Position numbers and translations under genes: made by a program. A DNA stretch of 64,000 bases from a virus. Positions within the stretch are counted from its first letter, which is position 1. Every line of letters begins with the position of its first letter. This document shows positions 8,891 through 16,992 of the stretch, piece after piece. The notes below the pieces were generated by a model. That model ran no database searches, was not told the DNA's origin, and saw only the letters and a program-made list of their open reading frames with translations. Where the stretch lies: the IMG/VR virus record IMGVR_UViG_3300027734_000038; one strand, written 5' to 3'.

Positions 8891-9394
8891 ATGCAGCTAA
8901 GTATAGTTGGTTGTCCCGATAAAAAGCGATTTAGACCGTTCGTTAAAAGGGCTGCTCAGTTTTACGCAAAAGAATTAATATCCGAGAAAATGTTGGAAAA
9001 CATATTTGTTAGGATAAAATTCAATAAGGATATTCCAGCCTACGGTTATGCCTCTGTTGAAGATTATAACGAAAGTGGTAAACCAAGAGAATTTGAAATT
9101 GAAATTCATTCTGGTATTAGTGGTTATGATATATTAAAAACACTAGCTCATGAAATGGTTCATATTAAACAATATGTTTATGGAGAAACCAACGAAAAAT
9201 TAACTCGTTGGAAAGGTGAAAGGGTTGATTCTGATACGATTGATTATTGGGTTCAACCTTGGGAAATAGAAGCACACGGATATGAAGCTGGATTATTTAC
9301 CAAGTTTGCTATTAAAGAAAAACTTTGGAATGTATTTCAAGGTGTTCAAAATCCAGATTCAGATATTATTCCAGAACCACTAGGGTGGAAATAG
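8891..9394 (+). CDS. Zincin-type metallopeptidase-like protein
   Basis: TLAHEMVHIKQY (HExxH) plus PWEIEA. Confidence 0.7.
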   Translation: MQLSIVGCPDKKRFRPFVKRAAQFYAKELISEKMLENIFVRIKFNKDIPAYGYASVEDYNESGKPREFEIEIHSGISGYDILKTLAHEMVHIKQYVYGETNEKLTRWKGERVDSDTIDYWVQPWEIEAHGYEAGLFTKFAIKEKLWNVFQGVQNPDSDIIPEPLGWK

Positions 9395-9416
9395 ACTATA
9401 TAAGTGGCAAACATTC

Positions 9417-9442
9417 AACCCTAGTTTTTACTAGGGTTTTTT
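9417..9442 (+). terminator. Rho-independent terminator
   Basis: AACCCTAGT-tttt-ACTAGGGTT followed by a T run. Confidence 0.75.
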
Positions 9443-9445
9443 ATT

Positions 9446-9496
9446 TGTTGTTTTGGTACAACAGCCACTTGACATATTGTATGGTTCGTGTATAAT
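9446..9496 (+). promoter_or_regulatory. Promoter of the tRNA cluster with TGTTGT-N6-ACAACA palindrome
   Basis: Palindrome at 9446-9463, then TTGACA-N16-TATAAT. Confidence 0.75.
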
Positions 9497-9508
9497 GGTT
9501 CACTTAAT

Positions 9509-9583
9509 GCACCTATCGTCTATCGGTTAGGACACCGCCCTTTCACGGCGGGAAGAGGAGTTCGATTCTCCTTAGGTGTACCA
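9509..9583 (+). tRNA. tRNA-Glu(TTC)
   Basis: Cloverleaf; anticodon arm CCGCC-CT-TTC-AC-GGCGG; GTTCGA T-loop; encoded CCA. Confidence 0.93.
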
Positions 9584-9584
9584 C

Positions 9585-9668
9585 GGAGCAGAAGAATCAA
9601 TGGTGATTCAGCGGACTGTAAATCCGCCGCCTCTGGCACGCTTGGTTCGATCCCAAGATGCTCCACCA
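9585..9668 (+). tRNA. tRNA-Tyr(GTA)
   Basis: GCGGA-CT-GTA-AA-TCCGC; long variable arm; GGTTCGA; CCA; 1 nt after tRNA-Glu. Confidence 0.93.
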
Positions 9669-9717
9669 AATTTAACTTTACAATAATTTTAAAAAACTTT
9701 ACAATCGGGAGAGTATT

Positions 9718-9879
9718 ATGAAAAAGAAAACTACTCCTCAACCACGAAACTATCTTGTCAAATTGGCATTGTTTCGTAAAGCAGGAGTTCATCGTAAGAG
9801 TAACAAAGCAGTAAGGCGTTCCGAGAAGTCTAAAAAATTGTATCCTATTATGTGCATTAACTTAGGCTATTGTCTATAA
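9718..9879 (+). CDS. Small basic protein, possibly ArfA-like (absent from ORF track)
   Basis: MKKKTTPQPRNYLVKLALFRKAGVHRKSNKAVRRSEKSKKLYPIMCINLGYCL*; GGGAGAG RBS. Confidence 0.6.
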   Translation: MKKKTTPQPRNYLVKLALFRKAGVHRKSNKAVRRSEKSKKLYPIMCINLGYCL

Positions 9880-9890
9880 TAGGATACAAT

Positions 9891-9968
9891 GTGAGAGTGG
9901 CAGAGTGGTCCAATGCAACGGCCTGCAAAGCCGTAAATCCGTGAGTTCGAATCTCACCTTTCACTTCA
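9891..9968 (+). tRNA. tRNA-Cys(GCA)
   Basis: ACGGC-CT-GCA-AA-GCCGT; U73; 3' end reads TCA rather than CCA. Confidence 0.9.
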
Positions 9969-9988
9969 AAATATACCACACAAAGTTG

Positions 9989-10017
9989 TTGACAAAGTAA
10001 CATAAGTAGTGTATTAT
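9989..10017 (+). promoter_or_regulatory. sigma70-type promoter
   Basis: TTGACA-N17-TATTAT just upstream of the tRNA-like element at 10027. Confidence 0.65.
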
Positions 10018-10026
10018 GGTTTAAAT

Positions 10027-10093
10027 GCGGTGTGTGATAGCACGACAGAAGATACCCTCTTTTGTTATCTGAGCAAAGCAGACCACCGCTCCA
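10027..10093 (+). ncRNA. Non-canonical tRNA-Gly(ACC)-like RNA
   Basis: GCGGTG/CACCGC acceptor stem, U73-CCA, mini D-arm, 8-bp anticodon stem with loop ATACCCT, atypical T-arm. Confidence 0.65.
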
Positions 10094-10098
10094 AATTT

Positions 10099-10172
10099 GC
10101 GGGATTAGTTTAATGGTAAAATTAGAGTTTTCCAAACTCCAGTCATTGGTTCGATTCCAATATCCCGCTCCA
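10099..10172 (+). tRNA. tRNA-Gly(TCC)
   Basis: GCGGGAT/ATCCCGC acceptor; GAGT-TT-TCC-AA-ACTC; GGTTCGA; TCCA end. Confidence 0.9.
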
Positions 10173-10174
10173 TC

Positions 10175-10394
10175 ATTGAGAATGTGAAAGAAAGAATAAG
10201 CAATCCCAACTGTTAGGGAAATCACTATCTCAGAAACCGTGTCCGCTATAAGGAGATTATCTAACAACGCAAAAGTTAGATTGAAAACGCAAAGCTGAGA
10301 GAACGACTGACGAGTGGTAACGCATAAAGATAGGCGCCTATACTTTATGATAATTCCACCCATTAGTTCTTAAACACGAAACAGTATTCTCAAT
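10175..10394 (+). ncRNA. Candidate ~220-nt structured ncRNA
   Basis: Closing stem ATTGAGAAT/ATTCTCAAT with several internal helices; no credible + strand ORF. Confidence 0.45.
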
Positions 10395-10430
10395 AATGGA
10401 CTATATACTAATTTGATTGAAAGGTAAATT

Positions 10431-10688
10431 ATGGTTTTGCAACCTATGAAAGATAAGATTATTGTTTCACGAATTGCTGGAGAAAAACAAACTGAATTTG
10501 GTATTATTCTCAAATCATCAGAAGGTCCTGATAGAGCATTAGTTGAATCTATTGGTCCTAAAGTTGATGAAGTTTCTGTAGGTGATGAAGTTCTAATTAA
10601 TTGGAATGGCGCAGTTAAAGTTTCTGGTAAAGAAATTGAAAAAGAATTGTATGTTGTTGCTATCGAACACGTAATATTAATTTTTTAA
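10431..10688 (+). CDS. GroES-like co-chaperonin
   Basis: LQPMKDKIIV..., T.FGIIL mobile loop, V.SIGP, VSVGDEVL. Confidence 0.85.
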   Translation: MVLQPMKDKIIVSRIAGEKQTEFGIILKSSEGPDRALVESIGPKVDEVSVGDEVLINWNGAVKVSGKEIEKELYVVAIEHVILIF

Positions 10689-10693
10689 TCTAT

Positions 10694-10767
10694 AGCGGGT
10701 TGGTGAAAAGGAATCACAGAGGACTCATAATCCTCAGTTCTTGGTTCGAGTCCAGGATCCGCAACCA
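10694..10767 (+). tRNA. tRNA-Met(CAT), initiator-like 1:72 mismatch
   Basis: GAGGA-CT-CAT-AA-TCCTC; A1:A72 unpaired; A73-CCA. Confidence 0.88.
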
Positions 10768-10780
10768 CTAAGGAGATGTT

Positions 10781-10903
10781 ATGACTGAACAAAAGAAACC
10801 AGCAGTAATCAAACCAATTCAAAAAGCACCACAACAACCAAAACCAAAACAAACATTTGTTCCTAAGATGACTGTGCAACGCAAAGCAGGTAGGGGAAGA
10901 TGA
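10781..10903 (+). CDS. Small basic Pro/Lys-rich protein
   Basis: AAGGAG RBS; MTEQKKPAVIKP...RKAGRGR*. Confidence 0.5.
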   Translation: MTEQKKPAVIKPIQKAPQQPKPKQTFVPKMTVQRKAGRGR

Positions 10904-11013
10904 CACAAGAACATGATCCTGTTCAAGAACAGGACGACAAAAATTTGGATGACGAATTCAAACGAATTGAAGCCGAACAGAAACTAAAAGAAAAACAAAA
11001 CCAATCGAGTTAG
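10900..11013 (+). CDS. Small charged hypothetical protein
   Basis: ATGA overlap; MTQEHDPVQEQDDKNLDDEFKRIEAEQ... Confidence 0.45.
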   Translation: MTQEHDPVQEQDDKNLDDEFKRIEAEQKLKEKQNQSS

Positions 11014-11096
11014 TGTTTTGCTAAAACTTCTAGCGTCATGATTATAAGACTGCCAATTAAACATATGGTAAAAATTATTTGAGGCAATTTATTCAT
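11010..11096 (-). CDS. 28-aa single-TM membrane peptide
   Basis: MNKLPQIIFTICLIGSLIIMTLEVLAKH*. Confidence 0.5.
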   Translation of the reverse strand: MNKLPQIIFTICLIGSLIIMTLEVLAKH

Positions 11097-11114
11097 AGTT
11101 ATCTCACTTTCAGT

Positions 11115-11204
11115 TTATTTAAATACTGCTCCCGATTCTACTACCATTAGTGTTAAACAGAGAATCAAAACGGCTACGAATATGAATGGTTGCACATCTT
11201 TCAT
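11115..11204 (-). CDS. 29-aa single-TM membrane peptide
   Basis: MKDVQPFIFVAVLILCLTLMVVESGAVFK*; ATGA-coupled to the upstream minus-strand gene. Confidence 0.5.
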   Translation of the reverse strand: MKDVQPFIFVAVLILCLTLMVVESGAVFK

Positions 11205-11644
11205 ATTTTATACAACTTAAAAAAATAAGTTATTAATGCTGAAGCAGTCATGCACCACCAAAAAACTTGAATTTGTTTTTGACGGTCTTTGTCTACTAAT
11301 TTGTTTTCTTCTTCTCTTTCCTTTTGTAGTTTAGACTTTAATGCCTCCACTTCAGTCCAAGCATTTTTTCCATGTTTTCGGATAGTATCTTGTTTGAGTT
11401 TTTCTAACTCTCGTTCATGTGCCTTTTGCTGTTCGTATTTTTCCACAGCACGAACTTCCAACATAGTAGCCCGTCTTTCTTCTGCGAGCTTGGCTTGAAC
11501 CCGTGCCTTATGTTGTTGTTGAACGGCTCTTTCCATGTCGGCTTGTTGGTCACCGACCACGGCACCCAATTGTTTACCAACATTTTGAGCACTTTTTAAA
11601 GAGGAAACAGCGGTCTGTCCGCCAGCAGATATTGGATCAGGCAT
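11201..11644 (-). CDS. Coiled-coil protein with C-terminal TM anchor
   Basis: 147-aa ORF; charged helical core; hydrophobic C-terminus. Confidence 0.65.
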   Translation of the reverse strand: MPDPISAGGQTAVSSLKSAQNVGKQLGAVVGDQQADMERAVQQQHKARVQAKLAEERRATMLEVRAVEKYEQQKAHERELEKLKQDTIRKHGKNAWTEVEALKSKLQKEREEENKLVDKDRQKQIQVFWWCMTASALITYFFKLYKI

Positions 11645-11664
11645 CTAAGTATACCATTAAAGTG

Positions 11665-11721
11665 TTGACAAAAAAGACAAAAAATAGTATACTGTAACTC
11701 AAATCATTATAGGTATTTATA
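11665..11721. promoter_or_regulatory. Face-to-face promoters: + strand sigma70 and - strand T4 late promoter
   Basis: TTGACA-N17-TATACT (11665-11693); TATTTATA at 11714-11721 is TATAAATA on the minus strand. Confidence 0.6.
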
Positions 11722-11736
11722 TTAAAAAGGAATAGT

Positions 11737-12048
11737 ATGAAAATTTTAGCACTTAAATTGGTAACTGGTGAAGATGTTCTTGGTGAAGTAGAATCTGAAT
11801 CTGAAACAGAACTGGTACTAACTAATCCGGTTGGTATTGCAGTAGTTCGAGGTCCTGATGGTAAACCTTCTGTTGGTTTTGCACCATTTCCGATTCATGC
11901 CCAACAAAAAACTGATGCCACGGTTGCCTTGGCTAAGAAGAATATAGTATACTCATATACACCAGCAGAAGATTTTATTACTAACTATAATTCAATCTTT
12001 GGTTCAGGTATTGTTCTTCCACCAACAAAACAACTAATTACAGGTTAA
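11737..12048 (+). CDS. Conserved T4-like hypothetical protein (Sm-like fold) upstream of gp43
   Basis: LKLVTGEDVLG...NP...Y..IFGSGIV.P. Confidence 0.65.
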   Translation: MKILALKLVTGEDVLGEVESESETELVLTNPVGIAVVRGPDGKPSVGFAPFPIHAQQKTDATVALAKKNIVYSYTPAEDFITNYNSIFGSGIVLPPTKQLITG

Positions 12049-12049
12049 C

Positions 12050-14587
12050 TTGGCAAATTTCTATACAAATGTTCAGAGTATTGGCGGCAATATTCTGTAT
12101 CGTGGCATCAAAAATGGTCAACGAATAAAAGAGAAAATTGAGTATTCGCCTTCTCTTTATTTGCCATCCAAAAAGATTACAAACGTCACTTCACTCGATG
12201 GTGATTATCTCGACCAAAAAATCTTTGGCACAATTCAAAAGGCAAAAGATTTCATCAAACAATTTGATGGCGTTTCTGGTGCCTCCAAAATTTATGGTCA
12301 AACACGATTTGAGTATGCCTATATTGCAGATGAACATAGAGGTATGGTTGATTATGATTATGATAAAGTATCTGTCGCTGTAATCGATATTGAGGTAGGT
12401 TCTGAGAATGGATTTCCTGACCCATATCAAGCAAATGAACCTATCACAGCAATTTGTATTCGCTTCACCAATAGTGAATCGTATGTGTTTGGTTGTGGTG
12501 AGTATGAAGTAAAAGGCAAAGAAATTTATTTCCGTTGTAAAGATGAATATAATCTCTGTAAATCATTTGTGAACTTTTGGAAAGACCACTATCCTGATAT
12601 TATCACAGGATGGAATACTAAGTTCTTTGATATACCATATCTTGTAAATCGTTTTAATAAAATTCTTGGTGAACCAGAAACTAAAAAACTTTCACCTTGG
12701 AATTATATTACAGAACGCAAGGCCATCATCAATGGTCGTGAAATGACTTCTTATAGTCTTGTTGGTGTTGAATCGTTGGACTATATTGAACTATACAAAT
12801 GGTATGCGCCAGGTGGTAAGTCACAAGAATCGTATCGTTTAGATAATATTGCTCAAGTAGAACTTGGTGAAGGTAAGATTGCATATGATGATTATGATAA
12901 TCTACACTCACTCTATCGTTTGAATTATCAACTGTTTATTGAGTATAACATTAAAGACGTTGAACTCATTATCAAACTGGAAGAAAAGTTAAAGTTACTT
13001 GAATTGGCAGTAACCTTGGCATATGATACCAAAACAAACTTTGAAGATGTCTTTGCACAAACTCGTATGTGGGATTCTTTGACATATGCTTATTTGTTTG
13101 AGAAAGATATTATTGTTCCGCCAAGAGTTACCAAAGATAAAGATTCTGCATTTGAAGGTGCATATGTTAAAGTGCCACAAACTGGACTACATGATTGGGT
13201 TGCCTCATTTGACTTGAACTCTTTGTATCCACATTTGATGATGCAATATAATATCAGTCCTGAAACTTTGATTGAACCTGAGAACTACACAGATGAAATG
13301 CGTGAGGTTCTTTCTCAAGGTGTTTCTGTTGATAAGATGTTAAGTAAATCAATCAATACCACCAATCTTCAAGATGTAACTCTTACTCCAAATGGTCAAT
13401 TCTTCCGTACCGACATTCAAGGTTTCTTGCCTAAGATGATGGAAGAAATGTATACAGATAGAAGTAAGTTCAAACAGTTGATGTTAAAAGCAAAACAAGA
13501 ATATGAAAATGAAAAAGATTCTAACAAACTTTATGAAATTGAAAAGCGAATTGCTAAGTATAACAACATACAATTGGCCAAGAAAGTATCTCTTAACTCT
13601 GCCTATGGTGCTTTGGGTTCTCAGTATTTTCGTTTTTATGACCTACGCATGGCCTTGGGTGTTACAACAGCAGGCCAGTTATCCATAAGATGGATTGAAA
13701 ACAAAATTAATGCTTGGATGAATAAGATTCTTGGTACAGATGATAAAGACTATGTGATTGCATCTGATACCGATTCAATCTATCTCCGTATGGGAGAATT
13801 GGTTAATAAGTTCATTAAAGATACCTCAGATAAACAAAAAGTAATTTCTCTCATGGATAAAATCTGTGAAGAAAAGATACAACCATATATCGATAAGTCT
13901 TATGATGAATTGGCTGAATATGTTCATGCGTATGAACAAAAGATGCAGATGAAGCGTGAAGGCCTTTCTGATAAAGGTATTTGGACTGCCAAGAAACGAT
14001 ATATTCTCAATGTGTATAACAATGAGGGTGTTCAATACAATGAACCACAAATGAAGGTGATGGGTTTGGAAATGATTAAATCTTCCACACCATCCGCCAT
14101 TCGTGAAAAAATGAAAGAGGCAATTCAGTTAATGGTGAATGGAACTCAAGATGATATTCATACCTTTATTGCAGATTTTAGAAAAGAGTTTAAGAAGTTG
14201 CCTGTGGAAGAAATTTCTTTTCCCCGTGGTCTCAATGGCCTAAATACCTATTCTGATGCGGTTAACCTTTATAAAAAAGGTACGCCAATTCATGTTAAAG
14301 GTGCAATTATCTATAACAACAATCTAAAACGATTGGATCTCACCAAAAAATATCCACTCATTCAAGAAGGTGAAAAGGTTAAGTTTACTTACCTTAAAAT
14401 GCCAAATCCATTTAAAGATACAGTTATCTCGTATCCATCTCGTTTACCAAAAGAGTTTGAACTGCAACAATATATCGACTATGATATGCAGTTCGATAAG
14501 GCATTCTTGGAACCAATCAAAGTTATTCTTGATTGTATGAAGTGGTCAACAGAAAAAACAAGTTCAATAGAGGATTTCTTCTCATGA
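12050..14587 (+). CDS. 43: Family B DNA polymerase
   Basis: Exo DIEV, SFDLNSLYP, KVSLNSAYG, SDTDS, KKRY; C-terminal clamp-binding SIEDFF; TTG start. Confidence 0.97.
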   Translation: MANFYTNVQSIGGNILYRGIKNGQRIKEKIEYSPSLYLPSKKITNVTSLDGDYLDQKIFGTIQKAKDFIKQFDGVSGASKIYGQTRFEYAYIADEHRGMVDYDYDKVSVAVIDIEVGSENGFPDPYQANEPITAICIRFTNSESYVFGCGEYEVKGKEIYFRCKDEYNLCKSFVNFWKDHYPDIITGWNTKFFDIPYLVNRFNKILGEPETKKLSPWNYITERKAIINGREMTSYSLVGVESLDYIELYKWYAPGGKSQESYRLDNIAQVELGEGKIAYDDYDNLHSLYRLNYQLFIEYNIKDVELIIKLEEKLKLLELAVTLAYDTKTNFEDVFAQTRMWDSLTYAYLFEKDIIVPPRVTKDKDSAFEGAYVKVPQTGLHDWVASFDLNSLYPHLMMQYNISPETLIEPENYTDEMREVLSQGVSVDKMLSKSINTTNLQDVTLTPNGQFFRTDIQGFLPKMMEEMYTDRSKFKQLMLKAKQEYENEKDSNKLYEIEKRIAKYNNIQLAKKVSLNSAYGALGSQYFRFYDLRMALGVTTAGQLSIRWIENKINAWMNKILGTDDKDYVIASDTDSIYLRMGELVNKFIKDTSDKQKVISLMDKICEEKIQPYIDKSYDELAEYVHAYEQKMQMKREGLSDKGIWTAKKRYILNVYNNEGVQYNEPQMKVMGLEMIKSSTPSAIREKMKEAIQLMVNGTQDDIHTFIADFRKEFKKLPVEEISFPRGLNGLNTYSDAVNLYKKGTPIHVKGAIIYNNNLKRLDLTKKYPLIQEGEKVKFTYLKMPNPFKDTVISYPSRLPKEFELQQYIDYDMQFDKAFLEPIKVILDCMKWSTEKTSSIEDFFS

Positions 14588-15585
14588 TATTTTTAACACT
14601 ACTATCCGCATTATTACTATCAGGCATTGCAGCCTATTATTCCGTTATTGGTTTGGCTGCAATCTTTACTGGTGCATTTTGGCCAATCGTTTTTATGGGC
14701 TCGGTTTTAGAACTAAGCAAATTAGTTACTACATCATGGTTATATCGTAATTGGAAAACCTGCCCACTTTTATTAAAATCATATTTGACCTTCTCTGTGG
14801 TCATTTTGATGATTATTACCTCGATGGGTATTTTTGGTTTCCTATCAAAGGCACATATTGATTCGACAATGGATGCCGGTGCCAATACACTTGAAGTCAA
14901 AACTTTGGTGCAACAAGAAAAGATTACTAAAGAAAGATTAGATTATTTGTTGGCTCGTGCTAAAGATCCATCAACGGCAAGTAACCGACTCGACAAACAA
15001 ATTCAAGATACCCAAAAAGAACTTACCGAAATTAATAAAAGAAAGTTACCATTACTTAAAGAATCAAATAAACTTACCGCAGAAGTTGGTCCTATCAAGT
15101 ATATTGGTGATATGGTATATGGTACTGACGATGAAGATGGCTTAGATAAGGCTGTAAGATTGGTAATCATGTTGATAATGGTTGTATTTGACCCGTTAGC
15201 TGTGTTATTATTGATAGCAGCGAATATGTCGATGGTGAAAGGAAATGGTAGACCCATCATTGAAAATGGTACGATTGTTGGACTATCAGCAAGCGATATT
15301 CCTATATTCACAAAGAAAAAAACTGAGCCTGTCAAGCCTGAAGAGCCACAAGATCCGGTTAAAAAAGAAGAACAAACAGTAGAAGTGAATAAAGAAAATA
15401 TCACCGAAATACAAGTTGAAGAAAATATTGTTATTAGTGAAGCTTCAGGTGAAACTATACCACCAATAACAAAAAGCAAACGAGGATTTCCTGTTAGAAA
15501 GACTAAAACAGAAGATATAAGTAAATATGATGAGAAAGCAGAATTGGCTTTCAAAGAAAAAAGATTAGATGGTGGTGACTTTTAA
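14584..15585 (+). CDS. Multi-TM membrane protein with coiled coil and disordered tail
   Basis: AAYYSV.GL, LEL.K, ITSMGIFGFLSKAH, EVGPIKY, VFDPLAVLLL. Confidence 0.65.
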   Translation: MIFLTLLSALLLSGIAAYYSVIGLAAIFTGAFWPIVFMGSVLELSKLVTTSWLYRNWKTCPLLLKSYLTFSVVILMIITSMGIFGFLSKAHIDSTMDAGANTLEVKTLVQQEKITKERLDYLLARAKDPSTASNRLDKQIQDTQKELTEINKRKLPLLKESNKLTAEVGPIKYIGDMVYGTDDEDGLDKAVRLVIMLIMVVFDPLAVLLLIAANMSMVKGNGRPIIENGTIVGLSASDIPIFTKKKTEPVKPEEPQDPVKKEEQTVEVNKENITEIQVEENIVISEASGETIPPITKSKRGFPVRKTKTEDISKYDEKAELAFKEKRLDGGDF

Positions 15586-15596
15586 AAGGAAAAATT

Positions 15597-16679
15597 ATGA
15601 GTATACTTGACAAAATTAAAAAGAATAGTAGTATTAAAGAATCAGCTATTCTTTCCAAATCAAAATTCTTCACACAGAAGGATATGATTCCAACCTCGGT
15701 GCCTATTATCAATGTGGCACTTTCAGGTAAATTAGATGGTGGTTTAACACCAGGTCTTACAATGTGGGCAGGTCCATCCAAACATTTTAAGACTGCGTTT
15801 TCGTTATTGATGGCCAAATCTTACTTGGACAAATATCCCAATGCAGCACTTTTATTCTATGATTCGGAGTTTGGTACTCCGCAATCTTACTTTGATTCCT
15901 TTGGTATTGATACTGAGCGTGTTCTTCATACACCACTTACTGACATAGAACAACTCAAGTTCGATATCATGCAACAACTTACGAACCTTGATAGGGACGA
16001 CAAATTAATTATCATCATTGATTCTATTGGTAACTTGGCATCTAAGAAAGAAGTTGACGATGCACTTGAAGGCAAATCTGTTGCAGATATGTCCAGAGCA
16101 AAACAAGTTAAATCATTATTCAGAATGGTAACACCTCATTTGACGATGAAAGATATTCCAATGGTTGTAGTCAACCATACTTACAAAGAAATTGGAATGT
16201 TCCCTAAAGATATCGTGGGTGGTGGCACAGGTTCTTATTATTCAGCCGATAATATTTTCATTCTTGGTCGCCAACAAGAAAAAGAAGGCACAGAGGTTGT
16301 AGGTTATAACTTTATTATTAATGTGGAAAAATCTCGATATGTTAAAGAAAAATCTAAAATTCCTGTTTCTGTATCTTTTGATGGTGGTATTAGCCGTTGG
16401 TCAGGCTTACTTGATATCGCACTTGATTCCGGCCTCGTTATCAAACCATCTAATGGTTGGTATTCAAGGGTAGATGTAACCACCGGTGAAGTAGAAGATA
16501 AAAAATGGAGAATTAAAGATACAGATACCAAAGATTTCTGGATGCCACTAATTACAAGTGAAAAGTTCCAAAATTATGTTAAAGACAAATACCAAATTGC
16601 TACTGGTGCCATCATGCAAGGCGGTGAAGAAGAATTATTTGATGAGGTTGTAACCATGAATGGTGCTGAAAATGACTGA
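15597..16679 (+). CDS. uvsX: RecA-like recombinase UvsX
   Basis: GPSKHFKT, YDSEFG, DSIGNLASKKE, NHTY. Confidence 0.95.
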   Translation: MSILDKIKKNSSIKESAILSKSKFFTQKDMIPTSVPIINVALSGKLDGGLTPGLTMWAGPSKHFKTAFSLLMAKSYLDKYPNAALLFYDSEFGTPQSYFDSFGIDTERVLHTPLTDIEQLKFDIMQQLTNLDRDDKLIIIIDSIGNLASKKEVDDALEGKSVADMSRAKQVKSLFRMVTPHLTMKDIPMVVVNHTYKEIGMFPKDIVGGGTGSYYSADNIFILGRQQEKEGTEVVGYNFIINVEKSRYVKEKSKIPVSVSFDGGISRWSGLLDIALDSGLVIKPSNGWYSRVDVTTGEVEDKKWRIKDTDTKDFWMPLITSEKFQNYVKDKYQIATGAIMQGGEEELFDEVVTMNGAEND

Positions 16680-16992
16680 AGGCCTTGATTACTGTTTCAT
16701 TTATCCCAAAGATGATGATACTGCGGTAAACATTCGTCTATTGGCTGGACCATATAAAGATACAATATTTAAATATGGTAAGGTAAAGTTCAAAGAAGAA
16801 AATGAACAAATGTATTTACTTTTTGCTTATGATGTGTTAGAATCTACAGTAGATAAACCCAAGAATTTGGAAAAAGATGACAAGTTTAAAAATTACCTTG
16901 GTGATTTACTTGTTGAGTTGATGTCAAACAATATTGAGCAGGAAATAGTTGATGAAACTGGAACAGACGATATTAAAAACCCTGATTTATAA
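16672..16992 (+). CDS. Hypothetical protein, positional gp40 equivalent
   Basis: Lies between uvsX and gp41, as T4 gene 40 does. Confidence 0.5.
   Translation: MTEGLDYCFIYPKDDDTAVNIRLLAGPYKDTIFKYGKVKFKEENEQMYLLFAYDVLESTVDKPKNLEKDDKFKNYLGDLLVELMSNNIEQEIVDETGTDDIKNPDL

Noticed and set aside
9488-10363. ORF-track entries 9488..9721 (+), 9520..9792 (-) and 9857..10363 (-)
   Set aside because: They run through tRNA genes and lack RBS or protein motifs; they are shadows of the RNA cluster
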